A stretch of DNA of 64,000 nt from Raillietiella orientalis (taxonomy: Eukaryota). The notes beneath the pieces were generated by a model. It searched no databases. It saw only the letters and a program-made list of their open reading frames with translations, and was not told where the DNA came from. The first letter of the stretch is position 1. Each line of letters begins with the position of its first letter. Both the position numbers and the translations under genes were made by a program. The DNA is taken from NCBI GenBank assembly GCA_036172245.1, contig JAYWIR010000010.1, forward strand, positions 3,472,001 through 3,536,000. Direction: 5' to 3'. Of the stretch, positions 13,701 through 29,200 are shown piece by piece.

Positions 13701-16700
13701 ACTGAACTGCAAGGGATTTCTGGAGTCGTGCTTGTATTGCCCTAATTCTTTCAATTTTGTCTTTGATTCGAGTTAAAATGAGCTCTTCCATTTCCTTCCG
13801 TCTAGCAACCTTAACTTTTTGCAGTTCTGCTATTAGCTGGGCACCACTAGTTGAATACAAAGTAAAATTGACATAAAGTTAAGATCATATGATTGGTAAG
13901 GTGTTGATATAGGAGAGAAGTGTGATCATACCGTGAAGCAAGAAGAGATTGAGCTTTGATGTCAATTATCAGATGCTGAAAGTAATAACTTCGAAAAAAA
14001 CGTCTTGCCAACAAAAGGAAGGAAAAACAAATGGCATCCCAACCCAGCCCTACTTCAGAATGGGGTACAGCACAGGTTTCTGCATAGTCCTTGGCAAGTT
14101 CTGCAAAACAGTTTACCAAACTGATTTTAGCAAACTGAATTTACCTGGTAACCATGAAATCCCTGTTAGATCTCCAATACAAGCAATACCAAGAAGCTGC
14201 ACAAGCCAACAAAACTTTTCAAGTAAGGCTTTCAAGAAAACACAACCAATAACTTGCAAAGAACACTTAATCAGGATGACCATAACTGCATAACCAATTA
14301 AAAAGTTCCACCTATAAACTGTAGTGTCACTACAGTAACTAAGATGCAGCAAATTTACTTTTTAATTATGGTTTTTAATGGCTCCTGATATAAACTGTTA
14401 CCAATCCACAAGAAATAAAAACTTCCAATCACGTATCCCATTGCAAACAAACTGATCCGATTAGTTCCAGCCAGGAATACTGCTGCAATGGTAACCCAAT
14501 AGAGGGAAAAAAACAAGAACACTTTAATCATATCCAGGAAACTTCTAAAGCAAACATAAAATACAGAACAATCTTATAGACTATACTTTGTCTCTGTGAT
14601 ATAATCATGAATATGATTGCAGTTTGCTAACTCTTGTTCAGAAAGCTGCTTATTGCTGCCACCAGCAAAGTCATTTACTTCAGCAGTTTTTTCGATGTGA
14701 AATACTTTCCGCTGACAGGAAACCAACATTAGAAGTAGAAAATCAGCTTAAAATGAAACATAAAAACCTATTCCACCAAGTGAAACACTTACCTAGTAAT
14801 TTATACACAGATAGGGAATGTTTAAGATTAGGTAAGAATAGCCATTTCTGTAAAGCAACTGGTAAAGCATGGCTCCATGGATAATCTGCAGATATAAAAG
14901 CACTTTCATTTTTCAAAATACATCATTTATCATACCAATACAAAGTCCTGGAGGGAGTTGGACACACAGTCCATACTGAACAAATACACAAAATGCAACA
15001 AATCCATTAAAATATATCCAAATTTTGTTCAAAGCAGCTCTTCTGGGTGAAAGCAAAATACAGAGCCATAATCCATATAAAACAGAGTAGACATCCATCC
15101 GTACACTCATCACAATAACCAATCCAATTAAAGTTATCTAATCAAAATGATTGCAATTGTAAAAAAACGTCTTCTATAAATCTTACTTCCACACCAAATT
15201 TATAAAACCCATAATTGCAAAAAAACTTTAGACAAGATAAGCATCCAGTATCTGCATCTGACCGAGTAATATGAGGAAACATGACTGATAATTGGCGATT
15301 TTGGCCTTCATGCTCCAAATTTCTATACTTTTGATGTAGTTTAACGAAAATTCGCAGGGTAAGCAAAAACAGAAGTACTACAGAATACACTATAATAGAC
15401 TGAATAAAACAAATAAATACCTACTCGTATATGCACTGAAATACTTTATAAGAGTATTAGTTTTTCGAAATCCAAACCATTCTGCATTATTTCGTTTATC
15501 CTCTGGATATATCTATGAAACATAAATTTAATACGCAAATCCTTGCAAATTGGGATCAAAAAGTAAGAAAAGTTACAGTAATTACAAGTTTGTACTAATT
15601 TTGATTGCTGCGAGTTGGAGTGCGAAAAATGTCATTGCATTTAACCAGACAACCAGACTTATTTTTCCATGATAATCACATGACAATAAATAACAATTAT
15701 TACCAGATTTAATCACAGATTAATTTTAATAAAACTGGTACTTACAATACACAAATGCGAATTTTTATTTATTCTCATGTAAAAGTGTTTGCAATTTATT
15801 AGTTTTCCAGAGACATGAACATGATATTTTAACTTACAATTCGCATTCAAATTTAATCACTTTTTGTGTAAGGTTTCTCTTGAAAAATTGAATGCAGAGA
15901 CAGATTATAATTAATCCTACCGTACAATTTGTATTCCAAACAGAAGCATTAAAGAAAGTAAACTGATAAATCATTTTGGTGAGAACAAGGGCTGATATTA
16001 TGGTCGAGCAAATGTGCATTGCTAGCAGATGAATGTAATCTCCCAGAGTTGCCCCAATAACAGCTATGCATAATAGCAGAACATGTACAGCACATACCTA
16101 TAAATTAATTACCAAACACAAGCTGATTTCAGTGGACTCTCTTACATCATATACAGCAGCCAGCATAATGCACAAAGAAAGGATTTTATTTATATGAACT
16201 ACTAAAATACACCAGGCTGCTTCCTTTATCAAATCATAAATCAATTTTATGTAAGTTAGTAGTTTATCAAGAAAAAACTTTTGAGGGCCTAAAACTAACA
16301 TAAATCAGGTTCATACTACATCATTCCAAAATGCACTTTAATGCATTACTATAAAAACAGATGCATATTACCTGTTACATCCTGAAGGTTTGCATTTGCA
16401 GGTTCACTTTCCAAGGCTTCACTCCTTTCAATATGCGAATTTACGTTACTCCCAGTTGTATTACTGATTAAAAATGAAATTAATTCTACATACTTTTTAT
16501 TGTTATTACCTGATGTAAGCATTAAATTTTGAAAGAAACGGTTTATGAAAATAATGGAGCTGAATAGCAGTTACTACTATGAAACAGGTTGGAGTCAGCA
16601 GTTTCACGAATAACACTTTTGTGTCATACACTTCTAAACCCAAAGCATGTTGGCTATCAAAGAAATTCAACATTATGCCAGAATATGATGACTTACTTAC

Positions 16701-19700
16701 AAATACAAAGAGATACCACAATATGACCAATATTGAGGAAAATCCTTAAACTGATATGTGTAAATACCAAGAAGAACTAGTACAGAAAAGCTTATAACAC
16801 ACATCAAAAATACGTACATAACACGAAGCCAAATTCTATAGGAAAACTAAAATAGGCATATTTGTGATTGAGTTATAAATGAAACAAAAATATCTTACAT
16901 GAAACGTCAATAAAAAAAAAAGGAAAAGGCAGACATAAACAACACGATAGATGACAACTCCACTTAGACCAATGAAAAACAGCATGAGAGCCACAACCCA
17001 AATTAGATATTGGGTGAGCCAGTCACGAATCCATTTACCTAAACGATCTTGCAGACCATAACATAGTGATCCTGAAATGATGGATGGATTTATAGCAAGA
17101 TCAAAATAATTTAAAACCATTCAAGTAAAATATTTGATATGACTAAGATGAAGTACCTGTTGTCAAAGGATACATCATAATTTTTTCAGGGATTTTTTCA
17201 TTTTTAATATGAGCATGTGTTTTCGTATACTGATATAAGGTCAACCAAAACACACACATGTATAAACTCTGTAAAGCATTTAAACAATTTAATGTAATCA
17301 TATAAATTCGACTTAACATCTTTACCTTAACTGCTAATGGGATAAATGCATTGTGCGAGTATTTCGTTAATCCTACTTCATTTAGATCTATGCTGCTGCC
17401 CACTTTTTGTGGCAGCTCTGTATCTGTCAAATTTAAACAATAAACATAGTTTCCTAATATCAGTAGCATGCTATATAGGACTAAAATAGGTGATGACACT
17501 AGGGTTGCTTTCTTCTGATGGGGGCTGACACACAGCAAACATGCCCATAATAAAAGTACAAATGTAAGCCAGCTATGATAAGTAATACTCCAGGTCTAAG
17601 AATGCATATAATACAGAGCAGTGCAAATTTCTTACTCACCATCATAACAACATTCGTCACAACATAACTGTAACGAATCAGCAAAACAGTTGGAAAAAAT
17701 AAAACCGTGTTTAATAAGTTGTATTTTTGACAACAGTCGGATCCTGTTTTATCTGGGCATGCTATACTAAATCACGGGTACTTCAAATAAAACATGTGTT
17801 AATGACAAATGCTAACCTTGTATATGACCAGACTCTAAATCATGTCCAATTGAAGAATCTTCAGTATCCTGAGATAGTAAAACCTCTTGATCCTCTTGAT
17901 TGGTGCTATCATCTGTAATCTGCAATTTAAAATGAATTCTTACTACATCTTTATAAACTGATACAACTTGCAACCAGGTTCTATCATTATTAATTGAAAT
18001 ATTTTCACTATACAAATCATGCATATTAATATGTAGAAAAGGCTTTCAAATTCATAATTATGTTTTTAAATCTCTCATGCAGTTATTTGCTTTCTAAATC
18101 TATTCATGCAATATCTGTAAAAAGATTTACATGCAGTAATCAGACTTTGTAGACTTAAAAAACAGATGATATAGTTGCACAACAGAAATCATTTGTGCAC
18201 ATTCTTACATACATCTCTTGAGCAATCGTTTTCTGATGTTAAATTTGTTTGGTCATGGGTAAAAACACTTATCTCACTGTTTTCTTCTGGGCATACAACC
18301 ATTAATCGCAGTTTCTTAAAGATTTAAAAAATTTTCAGAGGACAAAATTCAGATAGTATGCTGGAGCATCGATAAATAACTTGACACATTTTAGCAAATA
18401 AATTAATTGACTGATATGATGGACTGTTTTGTATATTCAAAAAAGAAAAATAAATAGTAAGCTTACTTACCGATGTGTATCGAATTTTCCGCCTCAAGCA
18501 TGAATACAAATAATAGTTCCCACAAAGAACCAATGGATAAATGAAAGATACAATCTCTTCATCTGAAAAATGTACTTTTCTCGGATCTGTACAGTTGACA
18601 ACAATTAAGGATGTAAAACCAAATAATCTATTTACAAAAAAAAGACCATTTGAAATATTTTGGCAATAGTATATGTTCAACACATAAGATACCTGCTTAA
18701 TATATGACTTGGTGCAAACTGTTGCTGTATCCATGGAATCTGATAAATATATAAAAGAAATAAATGGAATCCAGTTACACTCATCAAAAACTGGATGACT
18801 TTTATGAAATTTCCACCTATGCAGTGAAAATATGCCCACCAAGTTGCAGATCCAAAGAAACAAAGAAAATAAATAACACTAATTAATGATGGTCGTAAAA
18901 TTCCAGAAATGACCATGGCAAACAGACACAAAAATAAGTCTGAAAATATAAAATGCATAACGTGTTTCAGTATATACGCATTCTTCTAACCGATTGAATG
19001 GCATTTCTGATAACTCGGTGGTACAGTTTTCTTATCAGTTGATTGACTGAAACTACTTCGCTTTTCTAAGCAACACTTTAAACTGCTAACAAAGATGATC
19101 ACATCAGGCATTACATGCCTAATTAAGTCCCAGATGAATATATTATCCAAACGAATCCAACCAATATATCGCAAAACAGACTCCAGAAGACCACCTAATT
19201 AAAGTACATTAATGGAAATTGATATTGCTTATAAGCTAAACTGAACATCATGAAGACATAACACAAGTATAAATAAACACGTGAATGAAAATGTTTTAAT
19301 AATCCATAAGCATCATTTGTTCATTTTGATAATTATGAAAGTCTTGAATACTTATCAAAACAAACAAAATTAGAACAGTGTCACATTTTAAGTAAAGTTG
19401 CGACTTTAAAGTATCTCAGTCAACAATAAAGTGGTCTTGTAAACACAAAACAATCTACTTACAGAATGGAAGAAAGTTTCCATATGGCTGCTTAAGTAAT
19501 AAAATGCCTTGAAAAATGAGGCACCCAATAAGTAGTAAGCAACTATATATGGCAATTGCTTTGATCACACAGGCATTGTAGCCTATGAATTCATATTTAA
19601 TTATTATATGGCATCTTTAATATACTTACTGAATCGAGAATGCTGTGGAAGAGTAGGCAAAACCAAGAAGAAAAACAAGTACACAAGTGAAAATACATTA

Positions 19701-22700
19701 AATCTGATAAGACCTAAAAGAAAACGTCATGTAGAAATGAGTCACAGAAGATAACAATCAAAAAACAGTAACATGAGAAAATGTACATAGAAATGGTTCT
19801 CTGAGCACATCTACTCAAAAATGTATTACCTTCACTAAAAGTGCATTGTAAGTTTATAATAACTACACAATCTAAGTTTCTTGGTTACTGCTTTGAAAAT
19901 TTAAAACATAAAAACACAAGAAGCACTTGACTTCCATAAAATTTCTAATTTCATAGTTTGTCATCCTTAATAAATACTACATAATAGATCAGAAAAAGGA
20001 CCTTGGGAGAAGGACGCCATACCAAACAATCAGCAGAGATCACGTTTTACTGATTTTTTAATTGAATCTGTAAATTTGAAAATTAGGCTTATTAAAAGAA
20101 AAGGGCATCAGCAATTGATAATATGGATTTTAATATTATTAAAGTTACTATGTATTGTATTATTGTATTCTGTAGTTCGGTTCACACTAATGATCTCAAT
20201 GTAAGCTTAATTGTTTTGGTTTGAAATGCACTTATGTTTTCAAATAAATAAGTGTTAAAATTACTCCCCTAACATCTGGGATTTGAGATTCACTTGAACA
20301 TATGTGCAATTACTGCCGGATTAACATAGAAACTTGAGTATCGTGCTTAGGTTTAATGAACATATAAAAATAGTACATATAATCAATGCCCCAATACAAA
20401 TAGTACTTGATGCTGATTTGGTTTCAAACAACTTGGGGGTTCATTAACCTTATGCTCTAATATATCTTTATCTTTGTAGAATATGGCATGATTTTCCTCA
20501 ACACATCTACATTCAGAAAGATACTCACTCAGCAAGCAAAAATGGTAAGATTTAACATTTAACCAAATTTGCAGTACGTAAATGAAAATCAGATTTCAGT
20601 GTGCTGCAAAGGCAAAATAGAAATTTTTGTGGTACAAAAAATTTTTAATACTCTAGTTGGAACTATTTGTGCATGCTAGACAAAATGAAACTCCCCTCTT
20701 TGGTTCTATGTATTTACTCATATAAAATCTTGGGAGTCAAATTTAACTTGCTTAATTTCACATGTAACATATTCCCTTCACAAAACATAGACTTGAAAAA
20801 TATACCACATTTTCTCAAATTATGCTTGTTTCGAACTGCAATTCCTTTCAAACTGCAATTACTGTTTCTGTGCATTTATTATTCACAAGTAATTGCACAA
20901 TGGAATTTTGCATGATTGATCTTTTTATGACCAAGAAAGAATCTATCAAGAATGGCAGTAATTTATTTTAAATCTTTACAAATAGATTGCACCTTATAAG
21001 TTTATCCAAGAATATTTAGAATGTGAAAGAGTATTTAGTAATATCATATTCACGTAATACAATGGCAAACTGTAAGCAACACATTTGATCATGTACTGAA
21101 ACTTGCTATCAAGAGAATTTAATGCAGATGCTTAGTGCAAAGCTTTTCAAAATGGGATAATAAAAAATTATGAGAGTAAAAGCTATTAAGACCTTCAGGA
21201 AGGAAAAGAATAATCAAGTAGTTTCTGACTGGATTTTATGATTAGAGCCAACTTGTTGCAAATATCTGATAACAGAAGGAGACAGTATGTTTAATTACCT
21301 AAAAATAAATAAAACATATCACCAAGAAAGCCAATGGCAAATAATGCTATTTATTTTCCCTTCCATGTTTACATATATCTACAATCAACAGATATGAAAA
21401 CTACAGCAACTGCAGCATAAAACTGAAATAGCAATAAACTCACCATCCATTTACGGTTCCTTCTCATTACTCCAGCCACCTGATTTTTTTTCCCTAAGAC
21501 TAATGCGAGCTTTCAAAGAGTAATGCCCTTAAGGGATGCAATTTGTTGAGCTCTCAAACAGTGAATAATCACTCTCACAAGCATTCTTGATGTTTCAGAA
21601 TGAAAACTGGTTCATCTCTCTTGTTACATGCACTTTACACAGCGTAAGATGCACCCTCTATTTCCATGAACTCTTACCTTCTGCTAAGCTAGATACCTTT
21701 CACTACATAACAATTCTTCTAAATCACATCTGATTGATTTTTATCATTTCATTTCTGCATCATTGGAAACAAATTGGATTAAATAAATGTGTGCTATAGC
21801 TAATATGAATAAGTTTCCTGTAACTCTGCAATTACAGTTTTCTAGGATGGAAACAAGTTCTTCATATAACCTGTTTTGCAATCTCTGCCATGTGGTGTGT
21901 TCTGCTGGACATCATGAATACAAACTGCACAAAACATCACATTAGAACACTGAGATTTTTTGACAAAAAAACAAGGTTTACAATTTCTTCCTACTAAATA
22001 AAAACATGAAAAAGAGAAGTTGCACCTTCAATTAAACTGCAAACAGATGATATGAATTTTGTGTGATAGTCATCTATTTCAAAGGCTACTCATAGGATTT
22101 CTTTTTCATAAGAAAGTGTCATTGTGAATAAAACATCACCAAACAAGTGATGATCAACCAAAGATATTTGGTTCGAATATTTAATCAAAATGCAAAGATT
22201 GCATTAATTTTCTGAAACAGCTTTTGCCTAGAAACACTTCTGTTAAAAATGCAAGTACAGATTCTGTGTACCCAAATAATCTTGATATCACATTACTTTC
22301 AAACCTATATTATGTTTACACCAATGATGCAAAACGTGTTCTTTTTTTTTGTTGCATGTACAAAAAACACAGTGATCCACTAAAGTTAACATAAAAAAAA
22401 AAATCCTCCCCAAGGTTTTTGAGTGTAAATCTGAAAACTAAAATATGCTAGTTTGTATCTGGAGTTCTCTTAGCACCAGTAATTCAATGATTGACCGTGC
22501 TTTTGAAGAATTGATTGATCTAATTATTGTCTGGTATATTTCAAGTGTGTATCTGAGGGCTTCCATTTTTCAGGAGGATGAATAGTGGAAAACACTTTGA
22601 AAGTCTTCTTCAAAAGTGTTTCTCACTAAGTTAGAGATCAAATGAAGTATATCTGTCAAAAAAAGGTCCGAGTTTCATTTGAACAGAAACTGGATAAAAG

Positions 22701-23392
22701 CACTCATTCAAGGCACATATACCAAAACATGAAAAATGGAATGCATGGCACTACTTTACTGGTTTACTGATGTGTCTATATAAATACAAGTGAATACTGT
22801 TACAGAATAACAGATTAAGATATACACAATGAAGCAAGGACCCTCTGAAGAAAACACTTTCTGGTGCATACCTCTATCACATTTGAATTAAATCTTGTTA
22901 TTGAATGAATGGATACATATTCATAATATACAATTTATATATAATATATATGTGCAATTTTAATATTATGTATCTTAATAGAACACTCAAATGAGTTGAC
23001 ATCACTGACAAAATACCACCCGGTACGCATTAGCACTTCTAGCACTAGGATATACTCTAGATTCAATAAAGAATTTGAGAATTCAAGAAAGTAATCTGGA
23101 TTCATCCAAATAATCAAGCATATGCCCTTTCATCTAACTCTGAACACATGCAAGTTTAAGTTTGTTTGTCGATGACTGAACGCAGACTGCAATTCATAAT
23201 CATACACTTCTTTATTTCATCCATCAGAAATGTTCGCTTAAAGCTGCAAAGTCATTATTAAAAGCGCTTGAAAGATGGTATTCGAAACAACACAGTATTT
23301 ATAAAGCATTTTCAAGAAAAACATCCCGAAAACATACCTAGCAACAAGAATATAGGATACAGCAAATCAAAAATCACAGGAATTCCTTGCAT
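7755..23392 (-). CDS. Piezo: Piezo-type mechanosensitive ion channel, many exons (first coding exon 23338-23392, second ~19630-19713, stop TGA at 7755-7757)
   Basis: N-terminus [35 protein letters not shown]. Internal motifs: [98 protein letters not shown]-terminus [28 protein letters not shown] introns checked in phase at many junctions. Confidence 0.97.
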
Positions 23393-23399
23393 CACTGCA

Positions 23400-23950
23400 A
23401 TCTAACTGCATAAAATATGTACAGTGTAGATTTCTGAAAATACAACATCAACGGGTGTACAAAATAAGGACGTACATCAAGAATCACCGCAAACGCTCTC
23501 ACAACACAGAACCACCCCAAATGCAAATATTTACATTTGCCGCACTTCCCTCGCACAGGCACAAGCCACGTTGCCGAACAAATTGCACTTGAAGCACCGA
23601 ATTCAGCAGGTAACATTTGTTTGTGCACAACAGCAGCGATACCATTTCGAAAGTGCAAAATTGTATTACATTACCTTATGTTGCAAAAAAAAAAAAAAAA
23701 TTTCATATTTCAAATAGCCCCAAAGCGGTCATTTTGATCCCATGATTTCGGATTTTATCACAATTGGCTGCATTTAAACATAACAAAAACGCAGTTGAAC
23801 AACTTTGAAAATTCGATGCTTCGAAAACAAACCCCAAACACCTGTGAGAATCGACACCCAAAGGATTGATGACAACCAGCATGATTGTCAGCCAGTCGTG
23901 ATTTGCACTTGTTAGAGATAATTTCTTTATCATTGTGTGGATGCTAAAAA
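23400..23950 (-). promoter_or_regulatory. Probable Piezo 5'UTR/promoter region
   Basis: CpG-containing island upstream of the Piezo ATG, in contrast to the CpG-poor gene body. An acceptor-like ttgcag lies 2 nt before the ATG and a donor-like AAG|GTAATG near 23675. Confidence 0.4.
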
Positions 23951-24049
23951 AAAGCTACTTTAGCTATTCCTCAGTCTAAAATGAAAGCAATGAAGGCACT
24001 TTCACCATGATTTAAACTCTCATCACATAGTAAGAGTGCCGTTTGTGTT

Positions 24050-24310
24050 GTGAGCTTTTGGGGGTTACCGGACACAAATGATGACGATGTTGAGGAAATT
24101 TTCGAAAAGCATACAAGCAAGTTTGGAATGTGTATGCAGAGTATCTTGGAAGTGAAACGAGAACCTTTTAAAACGGTGTTGTCCCATCAATAACAACATC
24201 CAACAAAATGTTCATGAAAAACAAAGAAAGGCAGTCGTAACAATAAACTCTACAAGGTGTGGCCTATAGGTACTAACTATCTCCACAATAAAGAAAAGAA
24301 CTGGTGGATG
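24050..24310 (+). mobile_element. Possible LINE ORF1 (RRM-like) remnant
   Basis: Peptide WGLPDTNDDDVEEIFEKHTSKFGMCMQSILEVKR resembles the GLP-E motif of CR1/L2/L1 ORF1 proteins and is followed by stops. Confidence 0.3.
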
Positions 24311-25499
24311 CATGAGCATAAGACGTTTAAGGAATTTAATATAATATAATCAAACCCAACCGAAAGTATACTTATTTTAGATTAGACTGTAACAGGCTAA
24401 AAGACTGTTTCCATGTAATTTGAAAAAAATAGTACTTAGAAGAGCACTGTGACATTTTTTAAGTGAGCTCTTTAGAATATAATTACGAGAATCGAAATTC
24501 AAATTTGGAAAGCTCATAACAATAAACATATTGTCGCTATTCCCTGCTGACGAGTTCAATTTGCTCATAGATTCTCTCATTTTACTCCTATCCTGGAAAT
24601 GATTAATAAATCCCTCCTACTCCCCACTGAAGTTTCTCCAAATCCTTTAATTCAATTTTTCTACTTCCTTTTAACTAAAAAGTCTAATTATATGTAATTT
24701 TCTCTAAGGTGAGAAAGACTTTTCCATATCATTTAAGACAAATAAGACAGATAGAGGACGTCGGAGTCCGCATAAGCAAATATAGCACCGCTGTCTTTTA
24801 AATTTCGTACTGTTCTTATAGGCCACTGGCACCTTCCTTAGTACTTTGATTGTTCTCTTTCATGGTTCTCTGTCGAATTTTCACAAAGCGGAAGACTAGG
24901 TCTTTTAACTCAGAGCATTCATGTCTGTTGGTCTTCAGTTGCACAGCAAACTTCAGTTTAGAAGGCCAATTTTCGGTCGTCTATTCGGCATTAATCCAAA
25001 ACGTTGCTCTTCTAGAGCTTCCAAGAGACTCAGCACCTGCTGTGCTTTTGTTTCTGCATGTGGAAAAAAGGCACATCCATAATCTGCAAATGCGATGCGA
25101 CTCACCTGCTCATCCTACCAGGCCCTCTTGAAAATCGTGCTAACACCGAAGGGGATAGGACTAAGGGCATCTGCTGAATACCTTGGGTTGATCTTTCTAT
25201 TGCTACAGAACCAAACGCTGGTGCTTACGGCAGTCTCCCCGTTTTTTAAGTATGCATTGAGAGTTCCTGATATTGGATGGATCTTTCATGCGTATAGTAA
25301 CACCTTTGGATTGACATTATCGAACGTTTTTTTCCTTATCCACGATAGTTGCTCTGATTTCTCACTGATGTTTGATATAATCAGTTTTTGGACACAAATT
25401 GGTATTGTCTATTCTCTTAAGAGCTGCAGCTTTCCGAAACGCTTTTGAAATGACAATTTCTATTGATCACATCTAGATTTTGGAGGTGGTCTTCAAATC

Positions 25500-26250
25500 A
25501 GCATTCATCAAAGCAACAGGTGCCAAGTTACTGAACACGATTAGTTTGCAAACAGTCCGTTCACATTGCAATCTTCGCTTACTTATTTGGTGCTATCCAG
25601 TTATCCGCAACCATGCATTTCCTAATTCCCCGACATACAGAGCTGAGCACTTGTAAGCGTCTTTTAAGACTATGACGATAGAGACTCAGTTTCATTGAAT
25701 GAATTTCATATTTATTATTGCTTGTAGATTTTCCTCAAAATGTTCCTTCAAAAACTGTCTCGTATTTAATGGGAATTTGAATGCTTATCACACTTGGGAA
25801 TGGGTTCTCTGAAAAACTCCCATTTCATTTGTTGGAATATACATCTTATGAAGGACTCGGATTCTTTGAAAACTTCTTTTAAAAATTCTCCCACCCATTT
25901 CTTAGTCTCGGAAAACAGAAATATAATTGGCATTCTATCTGTCTTAAAAGAACATTTTATTGAATGTCACTAATCAATTACTTTATCTGGACCATCAACA
26001 GTCTATACTCCCGAATTTCAATGGTACAAAGCAATGAGGTTGGGAAACAGCTCTTTTACGTACACTTTTTTTTTCTCCTGTTTGCAAAACGTGCAACACT
26101 GAATTGGTGTCACCCAACAAAAGTAAATGCTTTTTTCCTTATTTTGAAAACTTCTTCATGCATCGAAAATGGCGTTACATTTAAATTCGATCAGAAGATT
26201 GAAATATGCAACGCATGCAAACACATGGCATTGCTTGATGAGGATGGTTT
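25500..26250 (-). mobile_element. Possible Penelope-like element remnant (RT thumb and GIY-YIG)
   Basis: Minus-strand KCSALYVGE..LR (~25650-25600) resembles the GIY-YIG C..YVGET.R motif. An upstream degenerate FSMHEE..VRK segment is also present. Heavily interrupted. Confidence 0.3.
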
Positions 26251-29200
26251 GGTGCTTTCGGCTGTTATTTTATCCCCGTTATTTTTATTTTGCAAATTTC
26301 ATCGACTGATGCAGCACCTTTATCGACTTATGGAGTACCTAGAACTTATTTTCCAAGTTACTGCCGCATGAATCATCCATAATCGGAAAAAATACTATCA
26401 GGGCTAACTTTACATGAATTACGTTTCCATCTCCACATGGCTACTTGGTAATCTTAAGCAAAAAGAACTCTTTGAAGCTGATTAACAAATCGACATTTGA
26501 TGCTTCCTGCGAAAAGTGGGGCATGAAAAAACATCCAGACACCAAAAATCCCATTTTAGGATAAAACATATAACAAACAGTTAATTGTTTTTTATATCCT
26601 TTTACCTCGCCATATTAGGAACACGAAAACACTTGATTAACTGTAACAGCATTCAAGTATTCAAAAATTCAATCTTTTATCAAAATGTGGTCTCTAACAA
26701 AATGCACCACACATGAAATGAATGTAATTTAAATTAACCAACAGTTGCAACATTTTTATTTAACTATAAATGGAACATAACTGAAGATTCACTTCTTTAT
26801 AATTTGGCATATCACATTCTAAACTAAATGATAAAGAATAACTTTCTGAAGGATCACAGGAGAACTTTTTGGTATTCAATTATCCAACACATTGCTGGTA
26901 GGAAGCAGGTTCCCATTAATTACCTTCCTCTTGTGACCAGCAACATCAAAAGGAATAGGCTTCTAAAATACAAAATGCTAAATATAGATAATGACAAATT
27001 AAAACATGACTCAAAATCTCCATATCAAGACATCAAAGGCAACAATTATTTAATTAAAAAAACATTGACAGTATTCATAATACACACAAAAAGTCTGATA
27101 TGCACTTTCTGAAGTTGCTCTGAAAGCTCTCATTCTATAACCCATACCGAAAAATTCATAAAGTCTTTCCTAAGTTTAAGGAAACTTTAGTGAATTAAAG
27201 TGTCTCATATGGATCAGTTATGCAACATTTATTCACAATGCATTTCAGCCTCATACATTACAACTTTTAAAAAAGAGCTAATGAAATTTCAATTTTCAAA
27301 TGACTTCAAATACAACTGACTGAAACTCTTTTGTCATCAATTCTATCAGCATTTATCGAATGTAGTTTATGCTCATTTTTGCTAATGTGACAGTATCAGT
27401 ACACGTAATATTTCTGTTAACATTCCTTTGACAATGATTCCATCATATTCCTACCTACTGACAATCGTTACACATTGCAGCATCAGTCACAACAATAACT
27501 TTTTATTGCTTAAAATAATAGTGTAACTTTGCCTAATATAAAGCATTCAATTATTATTTACGCATGAGACATTTTGATGGCACATATCCTGACAAAAGGA
27601 CACTCAATCTAGTCCAATCATCATGAACTTTCACTTTGCTGCTTCCGTCTATCTAAATACGATTTAGACATCGCTCATAATTTTTATTTTTAAAGCCACT
27701 AATTTCTCCTATTTTCCTAGTCGATTTTATAAAATAGACCTTTGGGCAGTATGTTGATACATAACTCCTACACTTATTCCAATTCATACTGACGAGTTTA
27801 GCAAACAGTCAATTCATGTACACATCGACTGCAAAAAAGATCGCGAAAAGACTCAAACTTGGCAACTGGAAAATCAAATAAAAAGCGGACATGGTTTACT
27901 AAACTGTCAGTTTCCATTATCTTGAGGAATTAAAAAAAACAATTTCAACATGCATGTGCATGCAGATTTTATACTTCATGTCATAAGCATTCATGATTTC
28001 TTTCTTTTAAGCATTAGTAAATTCAAGTTACATATAATAAAGTATTTAGTAAATGATGCAAGTTAAAAAATGCCACCATTCTCAATGATTTTTTTTTGTT
28101 TCAAATTGCTTGAGGACACCTAAACATGGCTTATTCTTCTGAATTCTACCAAAAAATCTTTATTGGCTAACAGATAATTCCCATTCTCAATTAACAATGG
28201 GGATCTTCAGATATATTTCCAAAGAACAAAATATGTGAATGTACATGAAAGGCAGCTTTCAGGTGTTAATAATTGTAAACACGTATCTGCTGACCCTCGC
28301 AAGCTTGAATATACTAGGTTGGCAAAGACAATATCATATTCCCTATGAATATAAAAAGCAGCACCCCAAATTCTGATAAAATGGAAATTTTCTACAAAGA
28401 ATGGAGTATTTTGAAAAATATTCAGTAACTTTTAAGAAATCATAAATTCATTGAATGAGAATTGCCTCACTTGATGTGAATTCAACATCAACTATGAAGG
28501 GTCCAAACAGAACCTGATTCACTCTATGACACTTCTTTAGAATTCATACAATTACACTGCATGTCAAAAAGACATCAAAATATCAAAAAAAAAAAAAAAA
28601 AGCACAATAATCTTACCTATTCAATATGAAAATTTTTAATAGTAATTCTATAATCAATTTGTGGTTGGATGAGAAGCTTCAGCACTGAAAATGAAAACTT
28701 GCAAAGGTAATAAATAAACAAATTGGATGATCATATTAATCTGCGATTTTATGGAAAGATGCTGATCCAAGAACATTTCTGCAATTGAATGGTCAAAAAA
28801 GAAGTCACATAGGCAATGTAACATATGTCTTATAATTGGAGTTATAAATGAAATCCTCTGGAAGGATCCCTAATCCTGACAGGAGACAAATAACTTATCG
28901 AATTATTTCAACCAAACTATTTGCTTATTGAACAAATAACAAGCTAGTAGGAAATAATTTTGAATTTAAATACAAATGTTTGAAGAGCACACCTGATAAG
29001 ACCTTTTGATAGAAAACGAAACGAATGGGCTTGAATTCAAGAGTCAATCTAGAGTAACCTATAACCAACCTATCATTGTAACTCATTTCAATATAGGCTA
29101 GAATTACGTGTCATAAACTAACAGCTTATGATAGCAAGCATCCATGAGGAAAAGTGAGGGGGAAGGAATATGAATTCAAAAATATGCATAAAATAACACA

